From Camelus dromedarius (lineage: Eukaryota), in NCBI RefSeq assembly GCF_036321535.1, contig NC_087438.1:6822001-6886000 (forward strand): a stretch of 64,000 bases of DNA, written 5' to 3'. The position numbers and the translations under genes were made by a program. The notes beneath the pieces were generated by a model, which did no database searches, was not told the DNA's origin, and saw only the letters and a list, made by a program, of their open reading frames with translations. Each line of letters opens with the position of its first letter. Positions within the stretch are counted from its first letter, which is position 1. Shown here piece after piece: positions 51,851 through 64,000 of this stretch.

Positions 51851-53599
51851 AGCACATTATTTTTGAAAAGATAGTATACAATGTTAATCTGCTCATAAAA
51901 TAACTACGCAGGATAATCAATTACAATTCATCTTTTGGCTCTTTGTATTTCAAAGACAGTGAAAATCTCAAACATTCTGTTGTCAAAACAAGGTTTTAAG
52001 AACTGAAATAAACCTGAAACAATGATCAGGAGAGGGGCAAAACTAAAACACAATATAAAACCCCAATAATAAAAAACAGCCTTTGAATCATGGATGAGCA
52101 CACATTGAAAAATCTATTGCTTTTTTCTGCAGACATTTCTCAGAGTAGTGCCAGGCTACCAGTCATCAGACACGCTCATCAGAAATAGTGGGAAATAACT
52201 TATCTCAGGGAGAAACATTTCATTACTCGGTGTGATGAAAAGCAGCATTACTACAGAGGCATTCTAATCGTCAAATCCTCCTAGCCTGCTGAAGTTTTTA
52301 GTATAAGGTATCCACATATATGCACGAGAACCATGAAACATCAAAGCGGTTTGTGACTTTAATAATAATAGAATTGATCATTTATGCATGTTTAAATATA
52401 ATTTTCTACCAAGCACATCACAATGCTCAAAGTTTAAATTAAAATACGCGAAATAAATGTTTAAATTAAACACAAGAGGGTAACAGTGGCTAATTTAAGG
52501 TGAGTCTGATTGAAGGTTGTTTTTATTTTATTTTTTGTAGTTTCTAAATTTTCTGCAATATATAGTTAATGTTTTATAATAAAACATTTCAATTATATTT
52601 AATCTTTCCCAACTTACTAATCTTTTTATTACCTACAAAATGTTTCCCTACATATGGCACTTGATGTGAGTCAAATCTTTAATAAGACTCTAAGGTCCAC
52701 AAAATTAAGCAGAATATAAAAAAATTTAGTTTCAAACCCACATGTCACAAGCCAAAGAAATGTGTAGATGAACATTAATATTTGTAACATCTTCTTCACT
52801 GAGAAAAATATTAAACTAAAAAATTTTAAAACTAAAAATAGCAGTTGTCTCCATGGAGATGGGACAAAGAGTGGATTTTACTTTCTATTTCACACACACC
52901 TATGTTTTAAATTTTTGCTTTGCTTTTATTTCTTTATTTCTTCAATTTAAAAGAAAAACCTTCCTGCTTTCCTTGAAAAAGTTTCACTTTTTAATGAAAA
53001 TCCTACATGATTCATAAATGTCCACATTTTCTGGTGGCAAAGTAAGAACTGATGTAGAAAAAATTTAATCTCTGAAACTCTGCAAACTAAAAACAAAGTT
53101 TAAGACGTCAGTAGTGGGGTATTGGGTTTCTTTTGGGCGTGATGGAAATGCTATAGAATTAGATAGCTGTGCAACCTTGTGATTGAGTCACTGAACATTA
53201 CAGTGTTAAGAGGTGAGTCCTGCTGTATGTGAATTATACCTGAAGAAAGAGGAGGAAGGAGGGAGCGGAGAAGACTGAGTTACCTGGGCTTCTTCCCCCG
53301 CAATCAGTGGCTCCTTCCAGCCAAAAGATGGAAGTTGAGGGACAGACACTGCAGGCTCGGGACGACCAACAGAGGCAGTAGAATTCCCAAAGCCATCCTA
53401 CCCACACTAAGACCTTGTCTGAGTCAAACTGCGTTGTACAAGCAGACACCTTGGCTATACCAAGAAGAGACGGTCAGGGAAGACATTTCGCCCCATGAGG
53501 ACAGGAAATGACCTCCCTCACTCAGTTAGTGGCTTTTGCAAGACAACCCCTGCAGAGGTGTGGTCACCCTGAGACTCTCTATGTTCTGTGGCCATGTCG

Positions 53600-54050
53600 G
53601 TGCCTCTGTCAGCTGGCTTTTGCTGAATAATTAACCATCTCTGAATTTAGTGGCTGAAAATGACAACAGTTTATGCCCATGATTCTTGCAGGTCAGCCAT
53701 TTGGGCTGTGGCTCAGCTGGGCTCACTCAGAGTCCACGTTCAGCCACAGGCCAGGTGGGTCGGCTGGCTGTGAGCTGATGGACTGCAGTGACTGGGCCAC
53801 ATCTCCCCCTTCATCCAGCCGGCTAGCCCGGGCATGTTCACACAGGGCAGCTGGCTCCCAACAGGACAAGCGAAGCTTGCAAGCCTCCTGAGCTGAGCTT
53901 CTGAATCAGCACAGACCACTTCCTCCACGTTCTCATGCCCCCAGCAGTGGGGAGACAGGCTGCCCCTCTGGATAGGAGGAACCCCATCCAGAGGCATGGG
54001 ATTCAGGGAGGGGAGCAACTGTGGCTGCTTTTTGAAGCAAGCCACCACAC
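53600..54050 (-). mobile_element. MLT1-type MaLR LTR
   Basis: tttagtggctgaaaatgacaac...catgattcttgcaggtcagccatttgggctg...tcagctgg...catccagccggctagcccgggc. Confidence 0.7.
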
Positions 54051-55039
54051 AGCCCTAGCAGTAGAGACCCCAAAATTGTAAACACAAGGAAAGAAAATAC
54101 TGGAGAGCTCTCAACTCACGGGGCCAATGTTCCTCGAGGGACACAAGGAACACGATGATTTAAATGACTTCAAAGCCATATATTATTCAAAGAGAGAGAG
54201 TTCTCACTGGAGAAAACATCCCCAGGTGAGTTGAGATGCATCTGTATCCCTCATCACCGTGTCCCTCCCTTTCCTTTAGAGCTCTTCAGTTACTTTTAGG
54301 TAGATAGAAGTAAGCTTAATTTGACAGGAAGGAAGGCTATAGCCCCTATGTAACCTTAGATGACAATAGCTGAGGAAGGTCTAGGGATGGCCAAGGGGGG
54401 CTCAGAGACGTCACAATGAGTCTAGGTCAAGGGAAGGTGCTGAGTTTCTGGTTCTTAAAGCAAAGGGCTATTTACATGCTTGAGTTCAGCATCCCTCAAA
54501 GATGAGATTAGCAGGTCAAGTCCCATGTTTCTCCAGATCCATTTCATATGGCTTAATTTTATAGGGTGAGACCAAGTAACCAGGAAAACAGCAATTACCT
54601 CAAAATAAAGAATTGGGCAGAAGTCCTCAGGTATCACTGCACATCAGAATTTGTCAGTAAACTTATTAAAAATACTTCTCATTGGGTTCCATTCTCAGAC
54701 ATTGACTCAAAAAATTGGGGATTTAATGCAAAAACCTGTAATTTTAGCAAGTGTCCTAGTTTGGACAAGTTTAGTTTTATTATGTAAGAAAGGGGAATAA
54801 TTATATCTGCTCCATCATGTTTCAAGCAGTGGACCAACAGGCGTGGGTGGGTGCAGCATGCTAGCCTGAGGTGCATTTAAGCAGATCCTACAAGCCAGGT
54901 TAATCAGAGAGGAAAAAAAGTCTGAAGGAGACAAGCTTATAGGCACAGTCCTATCTTTCTTTCCAGGATCTCTATTTTCTCTTGCCATCTACTATTCACT
55001 CATTAAAATCTAGTAGCTTCATGTTACTCCAGGTATACT

Positions 55040-55440
55040 GTAGGACTGCTTACTACTGCAAGTTACAAAGACCCCCACCCCCAAAGAATACTTCAGATAG
55101 AAATGTATTTGTTGTCAGTAAGGAGCTCAGCACTGACATGAAACCATAAGGGTTTTCGCTTTTCCAACCTCACCACATTGTCATTACTCAACTTCACAGT
55201 GTTAAGTTAGAACTGGGTCTCCAGCCATCACATCCCAGACAGAAACCCTGGAAGAAGGGGAACGAAGAAGCAGAGATTCCTTTCCTTTAAAGAAAAATTT
55301 CCTGGAATTTGCACATTTCAGTTCCACTCACATCCCATTCATCAGGACTTAGTCACGTGGAAAGGAAATCACCAGAAAGGAGGACTAGAAGATACAACCT
55401 CTGCTCTAGACTGAAAGGTGGAGGCTGAATTTCTATGGAA
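55040..55440 (-). mobile_element. Old MLT1-type LTR fragment
   Basis: ctgcaagttacaaagaccc...ctccagccatcacatcc...cacatcccattcatcaggacttagtcacgtgg. Confidence 0.55.
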
Positions 55441-57359
55441 GAAGAAACAGAAACCGTAAAACAAGAAGAAATCCCTGCTGTAACCAGGCTATATCAGAAC
55501 ATCTACCTATGTTCACAGTCTATAAAAAGTTTGCATAAAGATATTTACTGTAGAACTATTTATAATAGTAGATATTGGGAAACACATTAAATGATCAACA
55601 GTGGTAAATCACAAAGTCAACTATGGTACATCAGCTTAATAAAGTAATACAGAACCATCAGAAAGGTTGGTTACCAAGATCACATAATCCTTTTCACCTT
55701 GAAACAGTGTCTAGCTCCTTCTACCTTCTCCCTTCAATACCCACAGAGCAGAAAAACTCCCAGCACTTAAAACAAAGACTGACAGAGAGACAAACTGATT
55801 CCTCAGCTTTGAGGGAAATGACCACAGGTAGCACAAAGAGTTTGACTAAGATAAATCCACCCAGGCTTCAGTTCATGGCAACTTCAAACTCTATAAAACA
55901 AATTCATTCTAAAAATAAAAACAAAAGAACAAAAAGAAAAAGACATTTTCTACCCCTCAAACATCTGTCTGAACTAATTTGCATTCCACCCCACAATCCC
56001 AGGCCACTCCTGAAGCACTGGCAGATGAGCGGGCTTCACTTCCCACCAACATCCCTATGCTCTCTTGCTGTTGTCAACATCTACACAGAAATACAAATTC
56101 CAGGGCACAGCTTAGGAGGAAGTAAGGAGGAAGATGCTAGCGGAATCTTGGTGCTTTCTGGTTGATGATGTTTCAGGGGTAAAGCTTTATAAGGTGGGGG
56201 CAGGGACAGAGAGTCTTGACAGCAGCAAGCTGAGAATTGTAGCTTCAGGGTGTCTTTCGGGAAAACCATTGTACATTAGGAAAGATTTAGATACTGGGAA
56301 TCCTAGCAGGAGCCCTGCACATCAACAGCACCCCTCTTCCAACTAGATTCAAGGAGGGATCCATTCACCCCACAAGTGGGCAGAGAGAAGACACAAGACC
56401 ACCCCTGCTTGCTTTCTCTTTTCACAAGCACTCTATTGGAACAGATTTTTCCTTGTTTGATTTTGAATATCAGTGAGAACACTACTTCAAATCTGAAAGG
56501 TCAGTGGAGGGACAGATCCTTGATGAACCTTTTGCACTGGATAGACAAATTCTGCAGCCATCATTTTGGCAACTTCAGAGGATGGCAAGGTCCGACTATT
56601 TGGAAACACCTGCAGAATACCCATAAGGCAGAAATGAACTGAGATAAGAAAACAAGAATCTGATAATAAATGGGAGATGGTTGAATAGGACTTCCAAGAA
56701 TGCAAGATACTATGGCAAAGTTACCATCGCAAGGGGGGATGAATGCCTTTGCTACTGTAGAAGGTAGACAGCCATGAACAGGCTAAAAGGGGACTCCTCT
56801 CTCAAAATGAAAGCATCCCCTCCACCCTCCAAGAAAATATGAGCTTGGAAAAACAGAACAAGAAAAGTATGAAAATTATGTCTTTCAAAAGTAACTACAA
56901 AACATCACCATGAAAAGAAAAAAGACTTGAACAAAGGCAGAGTCTCCATTTTTCTGGATTGGAGGACTTAATATTAGAAAGGAAACAAGTCTCCCTCTGT
57001 TGGTAGGAGAGTTAAAAAATGTGACATTTCTTGAGAGGAGGCCACTTAGGAAGTATGTCACAGCGTTTCTTAACATTTTTCCTTTTATCACCATCATTCC
57101 CCCTTTAGACATTTTCCCCTAATCGATTGCCCCCCTGAAAATTGAATCCTACAGGTTTCAAACTGCTGAATGTGTGTTTATGTACTGTATGTGGAACTGT
57201 GCTCTTTACATAGAAGAAATGGGATTTTTCCACCCTCTCCCACAAAAATATTGTTATAGCTGCATGGATTTTCAAACACTCTGTAGAAATCAACTAAAAT
57301 CACTTTTATGCTCAAATTGTTATGATTTTGGCCAACGGAAGCACCTTCTAGTTTAATCT

Positions 57360-58000
57360 TAAATCTTTTTGTCCATTAATCTGAAAAGATGTCCTTGTTT
57401 TCTGGCATAACAAGCTGTTCCAGTCTCAGCTTGTACCTTTCTTGGCTTAAAATAAGTCATTTCTCTAGGGGGCCATGATTTCTTATGGAGTGAATGGTAT
57501 TAAAGACCGAGATCTGATTGTTAGGGGTGCTCATTACGACTGAGGTGATATTGTTTCTACATCGTTATCAGCGGTTGGTGAGAAATAGAAAATGTAATTT
57601 TAAAATTACGACTATATAAGATATTTTTAATTTAATTTTACCATTACAGTGTTCTTAGCTTTATCTTACCACATATATACATTTTAAATAATGATACTAA
57701 TATTATTACTACTAATAAAACCACTGAATGAAGTTTCCAATTTTCATAATTCTTTTTAATTTTTAGATGCATGATACTAAAGATTTACATTTAGTTCTAT
57801 AAAGTCATTTGAGATAAATCCTTTCTCTGTCATGAATTTGATATACCACTATATCTGTTTCAATTTGCTTTAAAATTTGCTAATACCTATATGATTCAAA
57901 AGTTAAGGTGAAAAAGAACACACTGAAATGTCTCGATAGGTAACTATTTCATTGGTTTCTTTTTTATTCTCCCACTGTTTGTTTTTACAAATATGTACAT
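57360..58000 (-). mobile_element. Ancient L1ME-type 3' region
   Basis: ttctggcataacaagctgttccagtctcagcttgtacc...cattttctctagggg...aatggtattaaagaccgagatctg...ggtgctcatt. Confidence 0.55.
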
Positions 58001-59724
58001 AAGAAATAAAAATATCTCTTACTCTTGCAAAGTTAACTTTACTAATTAGTAGAATTTTCAGTTAATATATTATAGAGGTTAGCATTTTTTTAACCTGCAC
58101 AAGATATTTCTTTATAGCTACACATGTTTGCTTTTTTTCCAGTGATCCTGTACATATACTTAAAATTCTTTTTTAAATTAAGAGACACATTTTAGCCTTA
58201 ACCTTACTTGTCCTCTAGGCATCTTTTGACTTTTCCCTTCTTTTGGAAACATCCTCCTTTTTTTACTTTCATGGAACACAGTCCTTGATTTTCTTGCCAC
58301 CAAACTCTCAGATTCCCTCGAAGTCTCCTCTTCTCACCGTCTCTTAAATGCTAATGTTCTTTGGGAGCTTCCTGATTCATTTCATGTCCTCATCATTCTG
58401 TGCTTGAAGCTAAAAAACATGTGCGTGTCTAACCTGTAGAGTCATGTAGAGATGGGCGGGAGATAATGCTGAATGGTACAGTTGAATTCCACACCATAGG
58501 AAACAGCTGTCCATCCTTAATTAAATGCAGTAAATTAGGCTTTATCATACATTCATACCCCCAAACTGCTGTAAATCAGAAAGATGATGTATTAACCTTG
58601 AAACATCACACTTGATAACAACAAAACCCCCAAATAAGGTATAGCCTTTTATGTTACTTCAGGTTAGTAGAGAACAGCTTTATTGCCTCTACTTGGTATA
58701 TGGACACTTCTCTGTAGGAACACTCACTGTGAGCCTAAGATTATAAAGTGCTCTGTCATGAATACAGAGGAAATGTGTTTCTGCACAGTGTGAGTGATAA
58801 TTAGCTACTGATAAAGCACCTCAACTGTGTTGAGAATTTGAAATAAATGGATTTATGTCAAAAGGGAAGCCAGCAAATGTAACGTTACATTGCTAGGGAG
58901 AGAAATTACTGCGAAGTAATGATTGTTTAGTCAGAGGCCAACATTTCTGCAAAAGCTCTGAAATAAAAATTTTGAATAACCAAAGGCATTAAAAGCTCTT
59001 GTTTTATTAAGCCATAGGTCTGATAATTCTTACTAAAAACAAACAAACAAAAAATGTCATTCCATTTCAAGTGGGTAAAATAGAGACAAGAATCATGGAA
59101 CAGAGGAGGGATTCAGACACACCACGTGGTCCTTCCTCTGAGAACATCTCAGGACACTGAGATTTTATCCTACCTCTGCAATCATAGACAAGGACATTTC
59201 TCATCCTCCAAAATAATTTATGTGATTTAAAACAAAAACCTCCGCCTGATGACCAATTAACTCCACTATAATTGTTGAACTTAGAATCCAGATGTATCTC
59301 TTTTCTGCTTTCAATCACAAGGAAGGACAGTGATCGCCCCCCATCTCCCCGCCACTAATTTCTGCTTCAGCGTCCTGCTGGAAAGACAGAAACCTGGTCT
59401 ACTAAACCCCAGCTGAGAGGTCCTGTCCTGAGTGGCAGGAATTCTCCCTTCAGCTCCAGAACTGTCCAAGTAACCCAGAAAAGAAAAGCCTTCAGAGATC
59501 AGGACAGAGAGGTACAGTTGAAGTACAAGTCAAACCAGAGCCCACACACCAGCAGAAACAGGGGGCTCAGAAGAGCAGGTGCTAGAGATGGGGGAGATGA
59601 CATGAGCAACAGGTGTGAGACCACAAGGCTGCTGTGTGGCGCACCTGTGGCTTTGTCCAGGGAGGGAAGTTGTAACTATTAAGAGCACTAGGCTGCTCAA
59701 AGAGTTACTGGATAGAGACAAAAG

Positions 59725-59758
59725 CTAGGTAGGTAGATAGATAGATGATAGATAGATA
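59725..59758. repeat. (GGTA/GATA)n tetranucleotide repeat
   Basis: taggtaggtagatagatagatgatagatagata. Confidence 0.85.
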
Positions 59759-62280
59759 TAAGCAAGTGTCTGGCATCAGAATATCAAGTCTTCTTTGGAA
59801 GATCCCTTTGCTGGACACTTGTTGGAAGGGATCTTGAGGTGTCTATCTGATACCAAAGCAAGAGTCATTGCTCTCATATTTCCAACCCATAGGGCACTAA
59901 CTCTGAGGCCTCTTATTTCAGTGGTCGCTGAGATGATCTCATGTGATGCCTGCTTAGCAGAGTTGAATACAGATGTGGAGAAGCAGTGACTCACTCAAGC
60001 TGTGCCATTCTCCCTGAGGCTGCATTCACTCAAAGATTTTAGTCTTCCAACAAATTCCAATGCATGTGGATTTTTAAAAAATCACCTCATGCTTGTGTGT
60101 CCCTGGGAAAAATATAAGTTCATCTCGTGATTGGTCAAAACCATTAAGACTTCAACGAATAAATAGACAAAGGTCATGAAGACACATTTACAAAAAGAAG
60201 AAACAAACCTTGTTGACAAACATAAGGAAAATATTTGTGTGTGTGTATGAGAGAGAGAGACAGAGACCGAGAACTGAAGCAAGCGATCATTTTCTCTATC
60301 AAATTAGCCTCCAATTATAATATAATTATATAATTAAAGTATGATATAAAATTACTTTATAATATAACTGCTGGAGAGTACACTGGTGAGACCAAAAACA
60401 CATTGCTTTGGGAGATGCAACTTGACGGAAGTTGTCTAGAAGGCAATTGTACAGCGTTATCCACAACCTCAAACATGTTCACTTCCATTGATCCCAGAAG
60501 CTCGGGAGTAACACCCCATCATGGTGAAAGGGTGGGAGCCTAGAGTGAAGTGTTATGCAAGACGTTTTCCACAGGCTTATGACTAGAAGCAAAAAAAAAG
60601 CATATGACTGTATAAACGACGGCATAATCTCACAAAAGAATAATATGGAGCCATACAAATGTTTACCAAAAACAACATTTAGAAATGCTCATTTTAATAT
60701 AAATTTAAAATAACAAGACACTGAATTGTATAACATGCAACACTATTTAGACATTTTTTAACCAGAGGAAAATACTGAAAGAAAATCCAGTGAAAAATGG
60801 AAGGTGAGTGTGAGGGATGCAATTATGTTTTTGCTTTTGTGTGTGTGAATTCTTGGGCGGAGTTCTAGTTCTCTCCAATGAGCATATTGCAATTTTTTTT
60901 TTCAAATGATAGCAACATCCTAGCTTTAAAGAAAAGCCAGGCTTCTTACTAGATTCATTTTTTCAGATTATTCTGTTATCTTAAAATTATTATCAACTGC
61001 TTGCCTTTTCTCTGCCAAGACAAAATAATTTTTGCTTTTTAAACATCTTCTTCACAGGTCTTACTTACTGACTCTTTAATTATATTTGTTACTGTTGTTT
61101 GAAAAGGTCTCAAGATTCTTCTCTAAGAACTTTCCAAAGAAAATGCAGACATATTAGAGAGCTCATAGGATCACTAAGTTGTTAGGAGAGTCTCAGAGTT
61201 ATTTTAGTTTGACTCTGACTTTTTTTAATCGAAAAAAAATAGAAGTTGAGAGAAATGTTGTGCCCTTTAGGGTTTCACAGAACCAATCAGCACAATGGCC
61301 AGCTTTTCCATTTACTCTTTTATTTACATAAAATAACTGGACCTGTTAGCAAGTCCAGTTCATCTCCAGGTTGGCTTTTCACCCTCTTTTGATGAGCAAT
61401 CTATTCTGCGTCTCATTCTCCTAGTTCTGTTACTGATTAAACGTACGTGAAGCTATGCATGCACTGACCTCTCTGCATTGCACCAGTCCTCAGCAAAGTA
61501 AATGAGCAACGTTCTCCTTCCCTCACCTCCAGACAGTCTTGTGCTGTCCCTGTGCAAGGACTGGAAAGGGACAGAGATGAGTTTTAGCAGAATCCACCAG
61601 GCAACTTGGCTAAAACACAGCTGTGCTTGTCCTGGAATACGGTCGAGACTCCTGATCGAAAATAGGTGCATATTAATGTTCGGAGACTTTCCTGAAAAGA
61701 GGAGTCTGGAATTGAAGCAAAAGGCAAAACTCTTGAGAAAAGAGAAGGCTGATCATTCTGCCAACGTCTGCTCCTCACCAAGGTTCTCCCCACAGCTGCT
61801 CCGTGCTGGAAGAGTGGCTCTTCTCTCACCCTAATCTGTACGAACTCTCACTTCCCAAGCACTTGAGGCAGAGGAGGTTAACCACTGAGATTCAGAGGGG
61901 TTCCCTCTGGGACACATCGCCTGCACGTAAACAAAGTGAGCCAAAAAGGTCATGACGTGTCAGCGAAGCTCGTGACTCCACGCAAGCTGGCAAACTTTGA
62001 AATAAGATTAATTAAAACAAACGAAAGACATAGCAAGCCAAAATACTGATAACTGAATTGAAGGGCTCTTCAAATATTTCCCTACGTTATGTAACTTCCT
62101 TTCACTTTTTCAACGTTCTTGCTAAGCGTATCTTCTATTAAAGAAGACTTCTTGGTATGTTGTGAATAGACTACCTTAAGGTAAAAGGACAAAGAAGGGC
62201 TAAAAATAAAAGGATAACCTAATGTCCATGGATAAGTGCAACTAGAAGACAGCTGAGTAACAATTAACATCAGGTAAAAC

Positions 62281-62397
62281 GGGGGGAGGGTATAGCTCAG
62301 TGGTAGAGTGTGTGCCTAACATGCACGAGGTCCTGGGTTCAATCCCCAGCACTGTCATTAAACATAAATGAATAAACCTAATTACCCTCCCCCCAAA
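62281..62397 (+). mobile_element. tRNA-derived SINE (camelid Vic-1 type) with TSD
   Basis: ggggagggtatagctcagtggtagag...gcacgaggtcctgggttcaatcccc carries Pol III A and B boxes, followed by a non-tRNA tail aataaacctaattacc; TSD atcaggtaaaa at 62269-62279 and 62398-62408. Confidence 0.9.
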
Positions 62398-62969
62398 ATC
62401 AGGTAAAAAGGAATGCCCTACTGGGACCCAAAAGAGGGGAAGAGGAAAAGAATAGAAGGGTCTGGATGGCATAAAGGAAAAACCATCCCACCAAATCACC
62501 AAATCTGATTAAGGGCTGTTTTCTTTGTAGTTATAAATACAAGCACATACATGAAATTGCTGTTTTGGTAGGTCAAGAACAGTTTGATACACAGTTGGAA
62601 CTGGTTTAAGCAAATGAATTAATATATAAGATGCATATGTGCCCCTTGAGAGTGAGAACTGAGCTCCTTCAAGCCAGGCCTTCTGTTATAGCTCTAAATT
62701 CTTTAATTTAAAGAAGACCTTTAGGCATCAGTGTTGGTTGACTTTCCTGGCTCCCCAGCAAGTAAAACAGGCATGTAGAACATTTTAAGGGAGTGATTCC
62801 TGCCTCCGGGGGGTGGGGGGTGGGGTGCCAGCACTGGCTGGCTGGTGATTCCTTTGCTGAGTGTGGAGGTTACCTGACTTCCCAGCCCCTCCCCAAATCT
62901 CCACATCCATTTTCTAGGTTCCGTGCCCTGGAGCACACAGATCCCCTCTCATGTCCAGAAAGGGAACTG

Positions 62970-63195
62970 AGCAGAGCACAGCCCAGTTTAAGGAGCTCAG
63001 GGTGTAGATTCAGGAGCCAGACCACTGGGTTCACATCCCAGCTGCGCTACCTCCCAGCATCTCCTCAGCATCCCAAGTCCATTCCCACCTCGGGAAGCAG
63101 AGGCACAGGACGCCCGTCTCGGAGGATTAAGGGCCCTGAGTTAGTACGAGCCAAGTGCCCAGCCCACGGAGAAATTCAGTGAACGTTAGCTATTG
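62970..63195 (+). mobile_element. Degenerate MIR SINE
   Basis: ggagccagaccactgggttcacatcccagctgcgctac...gaggattaag...aagtgcccagcccac...tcagtgaacgttagctatt. Confidence 0.6.
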
Positions 63196-64000
63196 TTGTA
63201 ATCCTAATCTTCTGGTGGACATGTGCAATTCCAGAAAAGAAATCTGCACACACGTAGAAACAGATATAAAAATACACCCAGAGTACAGAGTTCTTTATGT
63301 GTCAGGATATGCCAGTCCTTTATGCTAATGCACACCTGTGGATAAAATGTTCACAGCACAAAAAAAAGAAACTTTAAAGATCAAACAACCGTAAAGCAAT
63401 CACAGCAAATACTTGGGTTTGTCTAGCTCCATCTCTAGACGTCCCCCAGGGACAGAGGCGGTACCTCTCCCCCACCCCGCATCATAAAGATGATGTCAAA
63501 ATTAATCTGCAGGACTGAGGGCAGTGTTGACAGCTTCATCTCTGTAAATGTTATTACTGTATTTTTTTAAACCCACAAACCTCTGCCCATCTTTCTCCAG
63601 CCAGACACTCGGAGGGCTCTTCTGGGGGAGAAGCACTTGTCGTCGATAGAAATTCAATTTGCCGCACAAGTTAAGACGCAGTAAACCTCGCTCCCCCTTG
63701 CTTTACTGCTGCTTTCCCAATCATAAAACGAACCTAATGTTTAAATGTTAGAAAGCACTTAATGTTTAATCGTTGGAGATTAAGTCTCCTTCGTGATGCC
63801 TGAGATGCCGGGCAATAGGTTACAATTTGATTGCCTGCCTGCTCCGGGGGCACTGTCGTGGCTGGAAGAAACATCTGCCCCAGCTTTCCAAGGCTCATAA
63901 CTGCCAAAGGAAATGAAACATTTCCTTTTCCAAGGCGGTTGCAAGTTTTGAGGAGCCAGCACAGGGCAGTATTTGGGCCGGTGAAGGGAGACACGTGCAT

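Noticed and set aside
55623..56165. 180-aa plus ORF
   Set aside because: Starts in L1-like debris and crosses an A-rich tract; no domain recognised
62281..62355. tRNA gene
   Set aside because: The acceptor stem does not close cleanly, and the SINE tail and TSD identify it as a retroposed SINE
1..64000. CRISPR array, prokaryotic operon or intact retroviral env/gag ORF
   Set aside because: No regularly spaced direct repeats and no long coding ORFs; the sequence is typical mammalian repeat-rich non-coding DNA

Overview
Mammalian genomic DNA, most likely camelid (alpaca/llama/camel). The taxon call rests on a tRNA-derived Vic-1-type SINE at 62281-62397, with several young artiodactyl-type L1 3' ends as weaker support. 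The window is repeat-rich non-coding sequence: L1, L2, MIR, MaLR/ERVL LTRs, an ERV1 internal fragment, hAT DNA transposons and microsatellites, plus one CpG-rich promoter-like patch near 31.9-32.6 kb. I could not recognise any host protein-coding gene. The ORFs I can identify are L1 ORF2, L2 reverse-transcriptase or ERV integrase remnants; the rest look like chance ORFs. The best-supported oddities are two 5'-inverted (twin-primed) L1 insertions with visible target-site duplications, a possible 5'-inverted L2, an ERV1 fragment with a tRNA-Gln primer-binding site but no visible LTRs, a telomere-like repeat abutting a truncated MLT2 LTR, and several minus-strand micro-exon-like segments. Repeat family names come from recalled consensus motifs, not a database search, and most boundaries are approximate. 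I found no evidence for a new biological system.
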